Shown piece by piece: positions 1 through 9,901 of a stretch of 64,000 nucleotides of DNA (positions are counted from its first letter, which is position 1; every line of letters starts with the position of its first letter). Source of the stretch: an archaeon (GTDB lineage: Archaea > Nanobdellota > Nanobdellia > Woesearchaeales > UBA9642). The DNA lies in assembly GCA_020057295.1 (NCBI GenBank), contig JAGVGF010000006.1, forward strand, positions 160,001 to 224,000. Reading direction: 5' to 3'. The position numbers and the translations under genes were made by a program. Below the pieces are notes generated by a model. The model was given only the letters and a program-made list of their open reading frames with translations, searched no databases and was not told where the DNA came from.

Positions 1-444
1 CAATTACTAATCAAACATTACTACAATATCGGCATAGCTACTGATACGCCTGATGGTTTGAAAGTTCCCGTAGTTAAGAGTTCTGAGCATAAAAATATTT
101 TACAGATAGCTATAGAAATTGCTGACTTAGCATCAAGAGCTAAGAATAAAACTATCAAGTTAGATGAAATGAATGATGGAACATTCACAATCTCAAGTTT
201 AGGTAATAGTTTTGGTCAAGGTTTTACTCCAATCATAAATTATCCTGAAGTAGCCATAATGGGTGTCGGCAGAATAATTGAAAAACCAGTAATATTTAAT
301 GGACAAATTGTTCCAAGAAAGATTATAACATTATCACTTACGGCAGATCATAGACTCGTTGATGGTGCTGAAGCATCAAGATTCATGAATGACGTTAAAA
401 ATTATCTTGAAGATTTAAACGCATTGTTATTGGAGTTGAGCTGA
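1..444 (+). CDS. pdhC: Dihydrolipoamide acyltransferase (2-oxoacid dehydrogenase E2), C-terminal catalytic domain, 5' truncated by window
   Basis: Frame is open from base 1 (QLLIKHYYNIGIATDTPDGLKVPVVK). Motifs GTFTISSLG, TPIINYPEVAI and catalytic DHRLVDG. Stop overlaps the lpdA start. Confidence 0.9.
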   Translation, partial: QLLIKHYYNIGIATDTPDGLKVPVVKSSEHKNILQIAIEIADLASRAKNKTIKLDEMNDGTFTISSLGNSFGQGFTPIINYPEVAIMGVGRIIEKPVIFNGQIVPRKIITLSLTADHRLVDGAEASRFMNDVKNYLEDLNALLLELS

Positions 445-1874
445 TGGTTGTCGGTTCTTTAGATATTCAAACTGATGTTCTAATTATTGGTGCAGGTCCA
501 GGAGGGTATGTTGCAGCAATACGTGCCGCACAGCTTGGGAAGGAAGTAATGGTTGTTGAAGATAGTTCTAAACTTGGCGGAGTTTGTTTGAATACTGGAT
601 GTATTCCAACTAAGGCAGTCATTCATGCTTCTAATTTTCATCAGACAATTAAAGATATGGCTTGGGCAGGAATAACTGTTAAGGATTATACAGTAGACTT
701 GTCAAAAATGCATGCGTGGAAACAAGAAATTGTAGATAAGCTGGGAAATGGTATTAAAAGTTTGTTTAAGAATTATGGGATAGAAGTTGTTCCTGGAAGG
801 GCTGTGTTTAAGAATGATCATGAAGTGCATATTGAAGGAAAAACCGATATTACAAGTATAAAATTTAAGAATTGTATTATCGCAACCGGTTCATCAATCA
901 TTGAAATTCAAGGGTTTAGGTTTGATGGAAAATATATTATTGGAAGTGATGAAGCTTTAGAATTACGCGATATTCCGAAAAAGATGATAATTATTGGTGG
1001 AGGTTATATTGGTACAGAAATGGGCACAGTTTATGCTAAACTTGGAACGGAAGTAAGCATAGTAGAATTCACCGACAGGTTGATTTCAGTATTAGAACCT
1101 GATGTTGTTGATGTTGTATCAAGAAAACTTGACGAGTTCAATGTTAAAAAATATTTGAAAAGTAAAGCTTTAAACTGTGAAATTCGCGATAATAAAGTTT
1201 ATGTTAAGATAGAACATGATGGAAAGGAAGAAATATTAGATGCGGATAAAGTTTTGGTTGTTGTTGGTAGAAAACCTAATAGTAATAATATCGGTTTAGA
1301 AAATACTGGAATTAAAATTGATTCTAAAGGTTTTATTAGTGTAGATAAGCAAATGCGTACATCGGTTTCGCACATTTTTGCTATTGGTGATGTTGTTGGT
1401 CAGCCTATGCTTGCACATAAAGCAAGTCGTGAAGCTAAAGTTGCTGCTGAAGTAATTTCTGGATTGCCATCTGCATTTGATAATAAAGTAATTCCATTCG
1501 TTGTATTTAATGATCCTGAGATTGCATCAGTTGGATTGAGAGAAGATGAAGCAAAAGCTAAAGGTATAAAATACATTGTTGGAAAGTTTCCTTTTAGCGC
1601 AAGTGGTAGAGCAATGACTCTAAATCAGACTGAAGGATTTGTAAAATATATTGCTGAAGAAAGTACGGGAATAATTCTCGGGGTACATGCTGTTGGTCCA
1701 AGTGCTTCAGACATAATTAGTGAAGCAACACTCGGCATTGAAATGGGTGCGACACTTGAAGATATCGCATTAACAATTCATCCGCATCCAACACTTCCAG
1801 AAACAATGATGGAAGCAGCAGAAGTAACATTAGGACAAGGGATACACATTTTTAATCCTAAATTTAAGAAATAA
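444..1874 (+). CDS. lpdA: Dihydrolipoamide dehydrogenase (E3)
   Basis: FAD motif GAGPGGY, redox disulfide GGVCLNTGCIP, NAD motif GGGYIG, C-terminal HPHPTLPE. Confidence 0.96.
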   Translation: MVVGSLDIQTDVLIIGAGPGGYVAAIRAAQLGKEVMVVEDSSKLGGVCLNTGCIPTKAVIHASNFHQTIKDMAWAGITVKDYTVDLSKMHAWKQEIVDKLGNGIKSLFKNYGIEVVPGRAVFKNDHEVHIEGKTDITSIKFKNCIIATGSSIIEIQGFRFDGKYIIGSDEALELRDIPKKMIIIGGGYIGTEMGTVYAKLGTEVSIVEFTDRLISVLEPDVVDVVSRKLDEFNVKKYLKSKALNCEIRDNKVYVKIEHDGKEEILDADKVLVVVGRKPNSNNIGLENTGIKIDSKGFISVDKQMRTSVSHIFAIGDVVGQPMLAHKASREAKVAAEVISGLPSAFDNKVIPFVVFNDPEIASVGLREDEAKAKGIKYIVGKFPFSASGRAMTLNQTEGFVKYIAEESTGIILGVHAVGPSASDIISEATLGIEMGATLEDIALTIHPHPTLPETMMEAAEVTLGQGIHIFNPKFKK

Positions 1875-1999
1875 TATTATACTTTTATACAAAATATTCT
1901 AGACACGAATTTTCCCATTTTCCGAAATCTATTTAAAGACAGTATATTTAGTATACTTGTACTCTTTTTAGAGTAAATGATGGTTTAGGAGGGATTTTA

Positions 2000-2404
2000 A
2001 TGAAACACGAAGGCATGTTTGGAAAATGTAAAATATTTACGGAAGGATACGCATACTTTTTTTTTAGATTAGTGATAGGTTTATTGTTCATACTACACGG
2101 ATCTGCTAAGTTTGGATCAGGAATTCCAGGCAATTGGATGATGCTGGTTGCTGGATTAATTGAAGTTGTAGGAGGATTATTCTTAGTACTTGGATTATGG
2201 ACTAGATTAGCAGCTATAATCTCTGCATTAGAGATGTTGTACGCATTCGTTGTTGTACATGCAATTGGAAAAGGAACAATTAATCCTTTAGCAAATGGCG
2301 GCGAAGCAGCACTGTTGTTCTTACTAGCATTCCTTGTACTTGTAACGTATGGTGCAGGAATTTGGGCTTTAGAAAGATCATGGAGCAAAAACGAGTGCTT
2401 CTAA
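2000..2404 (+). CDS. DoxX family membrane protein
   Basis: RLVIGLLFILHG..K, IEVVGGLFLVLGLWTRLAA, NGGEAALL, GAG.WALE. AGGAGG RBS upstream. Confidence 0.85.
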   Translation: MKHEGMFGKCKIFTEGYAYFFFRLVIGLLFILHGSAKFGSGIPGNWMMLVAGLIEVVGGLFLVLGLWTRLAAIISALEMLYAFVVVHAIGKGTINPLANGGEAALLFLLAFLVLVTYGAGIWALERSWSKNECF

Positions 2405-2493
2405 GCACTTTATTTTAATTTTTTTATTTATTTTATCTTTCACAATTTTTTTAAACAGATGTTTATTCTTCGATTGTGTGTTGAGGTGAATTT

Positions 2494-3141
2494 TTGAGTA
2501 ATAGAACATTAGTAATTTATGCACATCCTGATCATGAATCTCATGCTAAATATACGCTTGAACTTGTTGAACAGGAATTAAAAAGAAAAAATTCTAACTA
2601 TGAAGTTTTAGATTTATACAAAATAGGTTATAACCCTGTAGTATCTGAAAAGGAACTTTATGGTTCAAAAGAAGAACGTCTTGATGAACAGACTCAACTG
2701 TTTCAAAAAAAAGTTTCTGATAGCAAATTGTTAATATTTATCTATCCCGTATGGTGGAACACTATGCCAGCTATATTAAAAGGATTTATTGATCGTGTTT
2801 TCTCAGCTGGTTTTGCATTCAAATATGAACCAGTCATTCCTGCCGGAATAAAAGGATTTGTTGATAAATTTTTAAGATTATTTAAGTACAGATTCAATTA
2901 CGGCATGCCTGTAGGATTATTAAAAGGTAAAAGGGCAATAATACTTACAAGTACTGGAGGTCCTAAGATTTTATCATATCCGTTCACCGGAATGAGATTT
3001 AAGAAAATAATACAGAAAGATATGTTAGGATTTTTTGGCATAAAATCAAGATTGTATTATGTAAGTGGCGCGTATAAGCTTGATGATTATCAGAAAGAAA
3101 AAGTAAAGAAGAATATAAGGAGAGCATCAAAACATTTCTAA
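2494..3141 (+). CDS. Flavodoxin-fold NAD(P)H-dependent (quinone) oxidoreductase
   Basis: YAHP, DLY, YPVWWNTMPAILKGFIDRVF..GFAF, LKGK. TTG start with GAGGTGA RBS. Confidence 0.88.
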   Translation: MSNRTLVIYAHPDHESHAKYTLELVEQELKRKNSNYEVLDLYKIGYNPVVSEKELYGSKEERLDEQTQLFQKKVSDSKLLIFIYPVWWNTMPAILKGFIDRVFSAGFAFKYEPVIPAGIKGFVDKFLRLFKYRFNYGMPVGLLKGKRAIILTSTGGPKILSYPFTGMRFKKIIQKDMLGFFGIKSRLYYVSGAYKLDDYQKEKVKKNIRRASKHF

Positions 3142-3146
3142 TAAAC

Positions 3147-3680
3147 ATGAAACTAATAATTATCTATGGTCCACCTGCAATCGGAAAATTTACCGTAGCT
3201 AAAGAATTGGCAAAGCTAACAAGCTACAAAGTATTTCACAACCATATAGCATTAGATGCAGTCGAATCTGTTTTTACTTCTGATAAAAAAATATTCTGGA
3301 GTCTTGTTTCTGAATTTAGATTAAGAATTATTGAAGAAGCCGCAAAAGAGAACATACCAGGAGTAATATTCACTTCAGGATATCATGGACAACCTCTGGA
3401 TCCTACTTTAAAAAAGATAATTACAAAGGTTAAAAAACATAAAGGAAAAGTATACTTTGTTCATCTTATAGCAGATAGAAAAGAATTATTCAAGAGAGTA
3501 ACATCTGCCGAGAGAAGGAGATATCTAAAAACTAGAACTGCCTCTGATTTAAAGAGAAGATTAGCAAACTGGGATATGACCAAAGATGTTCCATTCAAAG
3601 AACCTAATCTTACAATCGATAATACCAAACTTTCTGCACGAACAGTTTCTAGAATGATAAAGAAATATTATAAGTTATAA
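3147..3680 (+). CDS. P-loop NMP/shikimate-kinase-like protein
   Basis: N-terminal Walker A-like GPPAIGKFT, FHNH motif and C-terminal IDNT. Confidence 0.75.
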   Translation: MKLIIIYGPPAIGKFTVAKELAKLTSYKVFHNHIALDAVESVFTSDKKIFWSLVSEFRLRIIEEAAKENIPGVIFTSGYHGQPLDPTLKKIITKVKKHKGKVYFVHLIADRKELFKRVTSAERRRYLKTRTASDLKRRLANWDMTKDVPFKEPNLTIDNTKLSARTVSRMIKKYYKL

Positions 3681-3696
3681 AAAAATTCTAATTTAT

Positions 3697-4710
3697 TTAT
3701 TGTAAACTTTGTACAACTGTTATTGCTGTTAGTTCTACAACATCTTTAACGCTTGCTCCGCGTGATAGATCGTTTACTGGTTTGTTTAAACCTTGCATTA
3801 TGGGGCCTATAGCATTATATCCGGCCATTCTCTGAACTAACTTGTAACCGATATTTCCGGCGTTCAGATCAGGAAATATTAATACATTAGCCTGTCCTTC
3901 AAGCATAGAATCTGGACACTTCTTCTTGTACACATCTGGAACTATTGCCGCATCAACTTGTATCTCTCCATCTACAGATAATTCAGGATTTTTTTGTTTA
4001 ATAATCTTAGTAGCATTTTGAACTGTATCTACAAGTTCATGTTTTGCACTTCCTCTTGTGGAAAATGATAACATTGCAATTTTTGGCTTTATTCCAAAAT
4101 TTATCACTGTTTCTGCACTTGTTAATGCAATACTTGCTAACTCTTCAGATGTCGGATCAATAGTTAAGGCTATGTCTGCAAAAAAATATACTTTTTGTCC
4201 TTTTTCCATAATCATTAATCCACTTGCTCTCTTAACATTCTCTTTAGTCTTTATTATCTGAAATGCCGGGAGATATGGTTTTGTTGAAGAATTTATTCCT
4301 GATATCATCCCATCAACAGTACCCTTATGTACTAGCATTCCTGCATAGAAATGCGACTGTCTCATTAATTTGCCTGATTCTTCTAAAGTTATTGCCTTGC
4401 CATCATGTATTCTCATTTCACGGAATTCTTTTGTAAATAGTTCTAATTCCGCTTTGCGAGTTTCATCTAATGGATCTATAATATTTTGTTCAGTAATATT
4501 TTTTATCCCTTCAGAATTTAATATTGCACGTATATCGTCCTTGTTTCCTATAATTATTGGTGTAGCAATTCCCTTTTTTAATATAATAGAACATGCCCTA
4601 ATAATTGTTTTGTCAACTTCTGGAAATACTATTGTCTTCTTTGATTTATTATTTGCAGCTATAGCCTTTATAGTTACTTGTTCAATAAATGTTTTCTTAA
4701 ACCACAACAT
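3697..4710 (-). CDS. pta: Phosphate acetyltransferase
   Basis: IVFPE, AMLSFSTRGS, DGEIQVDAA, ANVLIFPDLNAGNIGYK, PVNDLSRG. Confidence 0.93.
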   Translation of the reverse strand: MLWFKKTFIEQVTIKAIAANNKSKKTIVFPEVDKTIIRACSIILKKGIATPIIIGNKDDIRAILNSEGIKNITEQNIIDPLDETRKAELELFTKEFREMRIHDGKAITLEESGKLMRQSHFYAGMLVHKGTVDGMISGINSSTKPYLPAFQIIKTKENVKRASGLMIMEKGQKVYFFADIALTIDPTSEELASIALTSAETVINFGIKPKIAMLSFSTRGSAKHELVDTVQNATKIIKQKNPELSVDGEIQVDAAIVPDVYKKKCPDSMLEGQANVLIFPDLNAGNIGYKLVQRMAGYNAIGPIMQGLNKPVNDLSRGASVKDVVELTAITVVQSLQ

Positions 4711-4749
4711 AAACTCACCCTATTTTTTAATTTTATATAGACTATTTGA

Positions 4750-5331
4750 CTACTTCTTTTTTCTAGATTTGGATTTAGATAATATCTTTTTTGAATTTTC
4801 CTTACTTCCTATCTTTTTATATCCTATCCACATTATAATCAATAATTCTGCTAGTACAACTAATGCTCTTAAGACTTTACTCATGTCACTAAAATATCTT
4901 ATGGTTGCATAAAACATCGTTATTAATCCTGCAAACATCAATCCTGCTCCAAGATAATCAATCATCAAATATATTCCTAGAATTACTATTATTAATCCTA
5001 CAGGTAATAATATGAAAAATATGTTTCGATTATATTCTTGTTGTGCATCATTAAATTGTTTGTTGCAGAAATCGCACGTGTCATACACTTGACATCCTTT
5101 CTCTGTATAATTGTATACCGGCATTCCACCATCTCTACTACATTGGTTTTCTGCTGGAACAGGTTGATATGTACAATTCTGATCAACCTTTGCAGGATAT
5201 GGTCTATAATTATTGTATCCGCAATATTTGTCGTATGTCGGTTCTTGATATACAGCATCAACAAATAATCCTAAGAATAATGGCAAGAGAACCGTTATCC
5301 CAATAACCATTGCAACTCTTTTAGCATCCAT
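4750..5331 (-). CDS. Membrane protein with small Cys-rich extracellular loop
   Basis: One N-terminal and three C-terminal hydrophobic helices flanking a loop with six Cys. GAGGTG RBS upstream on the minus strand. Confidence 0.7.
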   Translation of the reverse strand: MDAKRVAMVIGITVLLPLFLGLFVDAVYQEPTYDKYCGYNNYRPYPAKVDQNCTYQPVPAENQCSRDGGMPVYNYTEKGCQVYDTCDFCNKQFNDAQQEYNRNIFFILLPVGLIIVILGIYLMIDYLGAGLMFAGLITMFYATIRYFSDMSKVLRALVVLAELLIIMWIGYKKIGSKENSKKILSKSKSRKKK

Positions 5332-5435
5332 AAAAACACCTCAAATTAACATAAAGTTGAATATGAGGTTATACTTGTTTTGGTATTTATAATTTTTGTG
5401 AATAAATTTTTAAACAGTCTTTCGTTCTATATATC

Positions 5436-7193
5436 ATGTCACGTATAGCTGTAATCGATAAGCATAAATGTCATCCGGACAGGTGCGGGAATTATCTTTG
5501 CATTAGAGTGTGCCCTGTCAATAGAATGGGTGAAGAATGTATTACACAAAATGCAGGCAAGGCACAGATAGATGAAAAACTCTGTACGGGATGTGGTATC
5601 TGTCCAAAAAAATGTCCTTTTGGAGCAATTACGATAATTAATTTACCAGAAGAACTTGATAGAGAACCAATAAATAGGTACGGAATTAACGGTTTCGCAT
5701 TATATAATCTTCCTACACCAATATTTGGGAAAGTTGTTGGAGTAATTGGAAGAAACGGGATTGGTAAAAGTACTGCATTAAAGATTCTGTCTAAACAGAT
5801 TATGCCAAATCTTGGAAGAATAGATAAAACTCCAGAGAGTGTTACAATTAGGGATGTCATAGATTATTTCAAGGGTACAGAGGCACAAGCATATTTTGAA
5901 AAGTTAAGAGATGGAAAGATAAAGATATCATATAAACCTCAACAAGTTGATCAAATACCAAAACAGTATCAAGGAATGGTTTATGATCTATTAAAAAAAG
6001 TTGATGAGAAAGGAAAAATTGATGAAATTATTGAAATGCTTGAATTGAAAAATATTTTACAGAGTAACGTTACCGAATTATCAGGTGGAGAATTACAACG
6101 TGTTGCAATTGCTGCGACAGTCTTAAAAGATGCTAATGTTTATTTCTTTGATGAGCCAACATCATATTTAGATATAAAACAGAGAATGAAAGTTGCAAAA
6201 TTCATTAAAGGACTTGCAAATGAAAATACTGCTGTAATGGTTATCGAACACGATTTAATTATTTTAGATTATATGACTGATATGATTCATTTAATGTATG
6301 GTCATGAAGGTGTTTACGGTGTTGTCTCAGGAGTAAAGACTACAAAGAACGGTATTAATGTATATTTATCAGGATTCTTAAAAGAGGAAAATGTTAGATT
6401 TAGAGATCATGCTATAAAATTCAATCCTTCAGCTGTAAGTGTTGAAAAGAAAGATTTATTGCTTACAGAATGGAATGCTTTAGAACATCAACAAGGAAGA
6501 TTTAATTTAAAGGTTGATAATGGAAAAATATATCGTGGAGATGTAATGGGTGTGTTAGGACAGAACGGTATTGGAAAGACCACATTCGTAAAAATTTTAG
6601 CAGGAGTAATAAAAACTAAAGAAGATAATCAGTTGAAATTAACAGTATCATATAAACCACAATATTTGGAGCCTAGCGATGAACTTGTAATGTCTGCATT
6701 GCATAGAGCGATACAAAGATATGAAATACAAATAATCAGGCCATTAAATCTTAAAGAGTTATACACGAGAAAATTAAATGAATTATCTGGTGGAGAATTA
6801 CAAAAAGTTGCAATTGCACAAGCATTGTCACAAGATGCGGATATTGTTTTAATGGATGAACCATCAGCATATCTTGATGTAGAGCAGCGTCTTGTTGTTT
6901 CCAAAGTTATCAAGGAAGTAATGTTTACTACAGGAAGAAGTGCAATAATTGTAGATCATGATTTATTATTCATAGATTATCTTTCTGATAAAATATTAGT
7001 ATTTGATGGTGAACCAGCAATTAGCGGAATTGCAAATGCTCCGATGAACATGAGCGATGGAATGAATAAATTCTTATCAGACTTAAATATAACATTTAGA
7101 AGAGATGATGAGAATTATCGTCCAAGAATTAATAAAGAAGAATCTGTAAAAGATAGAGAACAAAAATCTTCTGGAAAATTATATTATCATTAA
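5436..7193 (+). CDS. rli: ABCE1/RLI ribosome recycling ATPase
   Basis: N-terminal Fe-S domain (CHPDRC..CIRVCP; CTGCGICPKKCPF) and two ABC domains (GRNGIGKS/GQNGIGKT, LSGGELQ, DEP). Ends RPRINK..S.KD.EQK..G..Y. Confidence 0.96.
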   Translation: MSRIAVIDKHKCHPDRCGNYLCIRVCPVNRMGEECITQNAGKAQIDEKLCTGCGICPKKCPFGAITIINLPEELDREPINRYGINGFALYNLPTPIFGKVVGVIGRNGIGKSTALKILSKQIMPNLGRIDKTPESVTIRDVIDYFKGTEAQAYFEKLRDGKIKISYKPQQVDQIPKQYQGMVYDLLKKVDEKGKIDEIIEMLELKNILQSNVTELSGGELQRVAIAATVLKDANVYFFDEPTSYLDIKQRMKVAKFIKGLANENTAVMVIEHDLIILDYMTDMIHLMYGHEGVYGVVSGVKTTKNGINVYLSGFLKEENVRFRDHAIKFNPSAVSVEKKDLLLTEWNALEHQQGRFNLKVDNGKIYRGDVMGVLGQNGIGKTTFVKILAGVIKTKEDNQLKLTVSYKPQYLEPSDELVMSALHRAIQRYEIQIIRPLNLKELYTRKLNELSGGELQKVAIAQALSQDADIVLMDEPSAYLDVEQRLVVSKVIKEVMFTTGRSAIIVDHDLLFIDYLSDKILVFDGEPAISGIANAPMNMSDGMNKFLSDLNITFRRDDENYRPRINKEESVKDREQKSSGKLYYH

Positions 7194-7206
7194 AATGTGA
7201 ATAAAT

Positions 7207-7908
7207 ATGAATAAATCAAAAATTCATAATAATACAATAATAACTCTATTCTCTATAACTCTTGCTATAATTATATTATTTGGATCGATGAATATCATAA
7301 TTTTTGATAAAGATTTCTATTATAGAGAGTATACAAAAAATGATGTTTACAGTAAAATTTCTACAAACAATCAAAATAATAATACAGCAGTAGACATAGC
7401 TCATAATGCTACGATTAATATTATGGATTATTTTCATGGAGATGCTGAACTAAAATATTTTACCAATGATGAAAAAAAACACATGGCAGATGTTAAGGTT
7501 CTAATTAATTTAATGACGACAATATATTATGCAGCAGTATTTTTATCTATAATACTTTTTGTTTATTGTTATGTCGCATTTAAGAAAGATAAATTCATGT
7601 TCGTTAAAATAATTACTCGCGCAATATTATATTCGTCTATATTTTTGATAATATCTTTGCTAATAATATTTTTATTGAGTGTATTTTATTTTGAATTATT
7701 ATTTGTGTTGTTTCATCTAATATTATTTCCTCAAGGAAATTGGACTTTTGACAGCACATCATTTTTGATAACTTTATTTCCACAACAGTTTTTCTTCGAT
7801 ATAACATTAAGAATTTTTGTGTATGCATTGTTTCAAGCAGCCTTATTCTTTGGCATCGGATGGTGGATTAATAAACATTTAAAGATTCATGAGAAACATC
7901 ACATCTAA
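7207..7908 (+). CDS. Integral membrane protein, DUF1461/TIGR01906-like
   Basis: FT.DE..HM.DVK and F.LFH.ILFPQGNW.F.....LI.LFP..FF motifs. Confidence 0.8.
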   Translation: MNKSKIHNNTIITLFSITLAIIILFGSMNIIIFDKDFYYREYTKNDVYSKISTNNQNNNTAVDIAHNATINIMDYFHGDAELKYFTNDEKKHMADVKVLINLMTTIYYAAVFLSIILFVYCYVAFKKDKFMFVKIITRAILYSSIFLIISLLIIFLLSVFYFELLFVLFHLILFPQGNWTFDSTSFLITLFPQQFFFDITLRIFVYALFQAALFFGIGWWINKHLKIHEKHHI

Positions 7909-7955
7909 GTAAGTCAACACAACCTATTTAAACCCTTAATATTTCTGAAAGTATA

Positions 7956-8714
7956 ATGGATTGGACAATATTATACATACTGGTTAGCGTATTGCTTGTT
8001 AGCATAGTTTCTCTAATAGGGATATTCACATTTATTATAAGATCAAAAAATTTAGAAAAAATATTGTTATATATGATAAGTTTCTCCGTCGGAGCATTAT
8101 TTGGAGATGTATTCATCCATTTGCTTCCAGAAGCATTTAATGGAACAACAAACATGACAGTGATTGGAATATATATTCTCATCGGAATATTATTCTCATT
8201 TGCTGTAGAGAAATTTATTCATTGGAGACATTGTCACGTTCCAGATCAGAAAGGACATCATCACTCTTTTGCTTATATGAGCCTTGTTGGAGATAGTGTC
8301 CATAATTTCATTGATGGATTAATAATTGCTGGAGCATATATTGTTAGTATTCCCGTTGGAATTGCCACAACCATCGCTGTTGTTCTTCACGAAATACCTC
8401 AAGAAATAGGAGATTTTGGTGTGCTTTTACATGGAGGATTTTCAAAGTCTAGAGCATTGTTTTTCAATTTCTTAACAGCACTGACTGCAATCGTAGGAGC
8501 ATTAATTGGATTTTTAATGAGTGGAAGTGCAGAGTTGTTAGTATTTATTGTACCATTCGCAGCTGGAAATCTTATCTATATTGCTGGAACGGATTTAATA
8601 CCTCAATTACACGGAGATAGTTGTGAAAATATTACATTTGGAAAAAGCGTTGGACAACTATTATGTGTTATACTAGGAATTCTTGTAATGATGAGTATGT
8701 TACTTCTAGAATAA
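7956..8714 (+). CDS. ZIP family zinc/metal transporter
   Basis: HLLPEA, His-rich loop HWRHCH...HHH, DSVHNFIDG, HEIPQEIGDF. Confidence 0.92.
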   Translation: MDWTILYILVSVLLVSIVSLIGIFTFIIRSKNLEKILLYMISFSVGALFGDVFIHLLPEAFNGTTNMTVIGIYILIGILFSFAVEKFIHWRHCHVPDQKGHHHSFAYMSLVGDSVHNFIDGLIIAGAYIVSIPVGIATTIAVVLHEIPQEIGDFGVLLHGGFSKSRALFFNFLTALTAIVGALIGFLMSGSAELLVFIVPFAAGNLIYIAGTDLIPQLHGDSCENITFGKSVGQLLCVILGILVMMSMLLLE

Positions 8715-8752
8715 AGATTTAGAAAACATTGAAAATAAAAAAATAAAGGATC

Positions 8753-9304
8753 TTATAATCCACCGTATTTCTTCTTCGAATGTTTTTTCAAAGAGCTCAT
8801 GAGCATATCTCTCAACACTTTAGAATTTTGTGCATTCACACCATCTATATGCGCTACCACTCCTGAAGCTCCTCCAGCAGTTTCTAAATGTACATCATAT
8901 AATCCAAACATTCTATCTAAGAAATCCTGATCAACGTAAACATTCTGTATCTTCTCATACGGTAAAGATATTTCTATTCTTGAGATTACACCTTTCTTTA
9001 TTATTACTTCATCATGTGTCAAGTTGTAAAAATAGTATTTATAGTATAAAGACTGCCAAAGCACTGAAAGTCCAAACACTATGACTGCAAGAAGTATGAA
9101 TATTAGGAATATCACTCCTATCGCCGTGCCCACCCCGCCATAACTGGAATTGAATATCACATTTATCCCGAAAAAAAATGCGAAGAATACCAAGAATATC
9201 AGCCATCCAAACGCTGCACCTAGACTCTTCTTTAGTATCTTTATTTTTTCTAAAGGTATCTTACTACATGTTGTTCCTGGAGTACAATATATTTGATTGA
9301 CCAT
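8753..9304 (-). CDS. Bacterial PH-domain (bPH_2/YdbS-like) membrane protein
   Basis: Two TM helices, then Y.LT..EV.IKKGVI.R.E..LPYEKIQNV...Q..LDR.FGL..V.LETAG. Confidence 0.8.
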   Translation of the reverse strand: MVNQIYCTPGTTCSKIPLEKIKILKKSLGAAFGWLIFLVFFAFFFGINVIFNSSYGGVGTAIGVIFLIFILLAVIVFGLSVLWQSLYYKYYFYNLTHDEVIIKKGVISRIEISLPYEKIQNVYVDQDFLDRMFGLYDVHLETAGGASGVVAHIDGVNAQNSKVLRDMLMSSLKKHSKKKYGGL

Positions 9305-9369
9305 TATATCACCAACCGATATAAGTGCTGAAGTATTTATAAAAGTATTCCTTACCTTTTGCTATAGAA

Positions 9370-9855
9370 TTACTCTTTCCTAAACTCAGTAATTACTGGA
9401 TTTACAATATCGACATAAGATTCTGGATTCATTTCTATAGAATCTGTATGTGTTCCTGCACTGAATACTATCGATTCTCGCGTTAATAAACCTTCGTCAA
9501 AATATACTTGAATATTAAATAAAATTCCAAATGGTGGAACACTTCCAATAGTACATCCAGTCTCTCTTAGAACTTCATCTGGACTTGCAAGTGCAACATT
9601 TTTACTGTCTAGAAGAATCTTCAATTTTTTTAGATCTATTCTCTTGCTTGCTTGTATTACCGCTTGTATAAATACATAAGTTCCATCTTTTCTCTGTAAT
9701 TTACATATGATGGCTTTTGCTGCATCATCAAGATTTGTGTTTCTTATTGCAGCAGCATCCTGGCTTGTATGTACATGTTCATGAGTATAATGAACATATT
9801 TAGCATTATGTTTGTCTAATAATTCTTTTATTTGAAGAAATGTTGATGTAGCCAT
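9370..9855 (-). CDS. YbaK/EbsC/ProX-family aminoacyl-tRNA deacylase
   Basis: H..V.TS.DAA, AKAII.K, GC.IGSVPPFG, FSAG.HT.SI. Confidence 0.87.
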   Translation of the reverse strand: MATSTFLQIKELLDKHNAKYVHYTHEHVHTSQDAAAIRNTNLDDAAKAIICKLQRKDGTYVFIQAVIQASKRIDLKKLKILLDSKNVALASPDEVLRETGCTIGSVPPFGILFNIQVYFDEGLLTRESIVFSAGTHTDSIEMNPESYVDIVNPVITEFRKE

Positions 9856-9901
9856 TTTAGAATTGTAATCGGTTAATTATTTTTGATTAATTATTTTATG
9901 T

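Noticed and set aside
1948-2388. 146-aa minus-strand ORF and the many other short antisense or nested ORFs in the track (e.g. 4370..4912, 15806..16459, 52799..53440)
   Set aside because: They lie opposite or inside well-supported genes, have no recognisable motifs, and are the expected shadows of biased codon usage.
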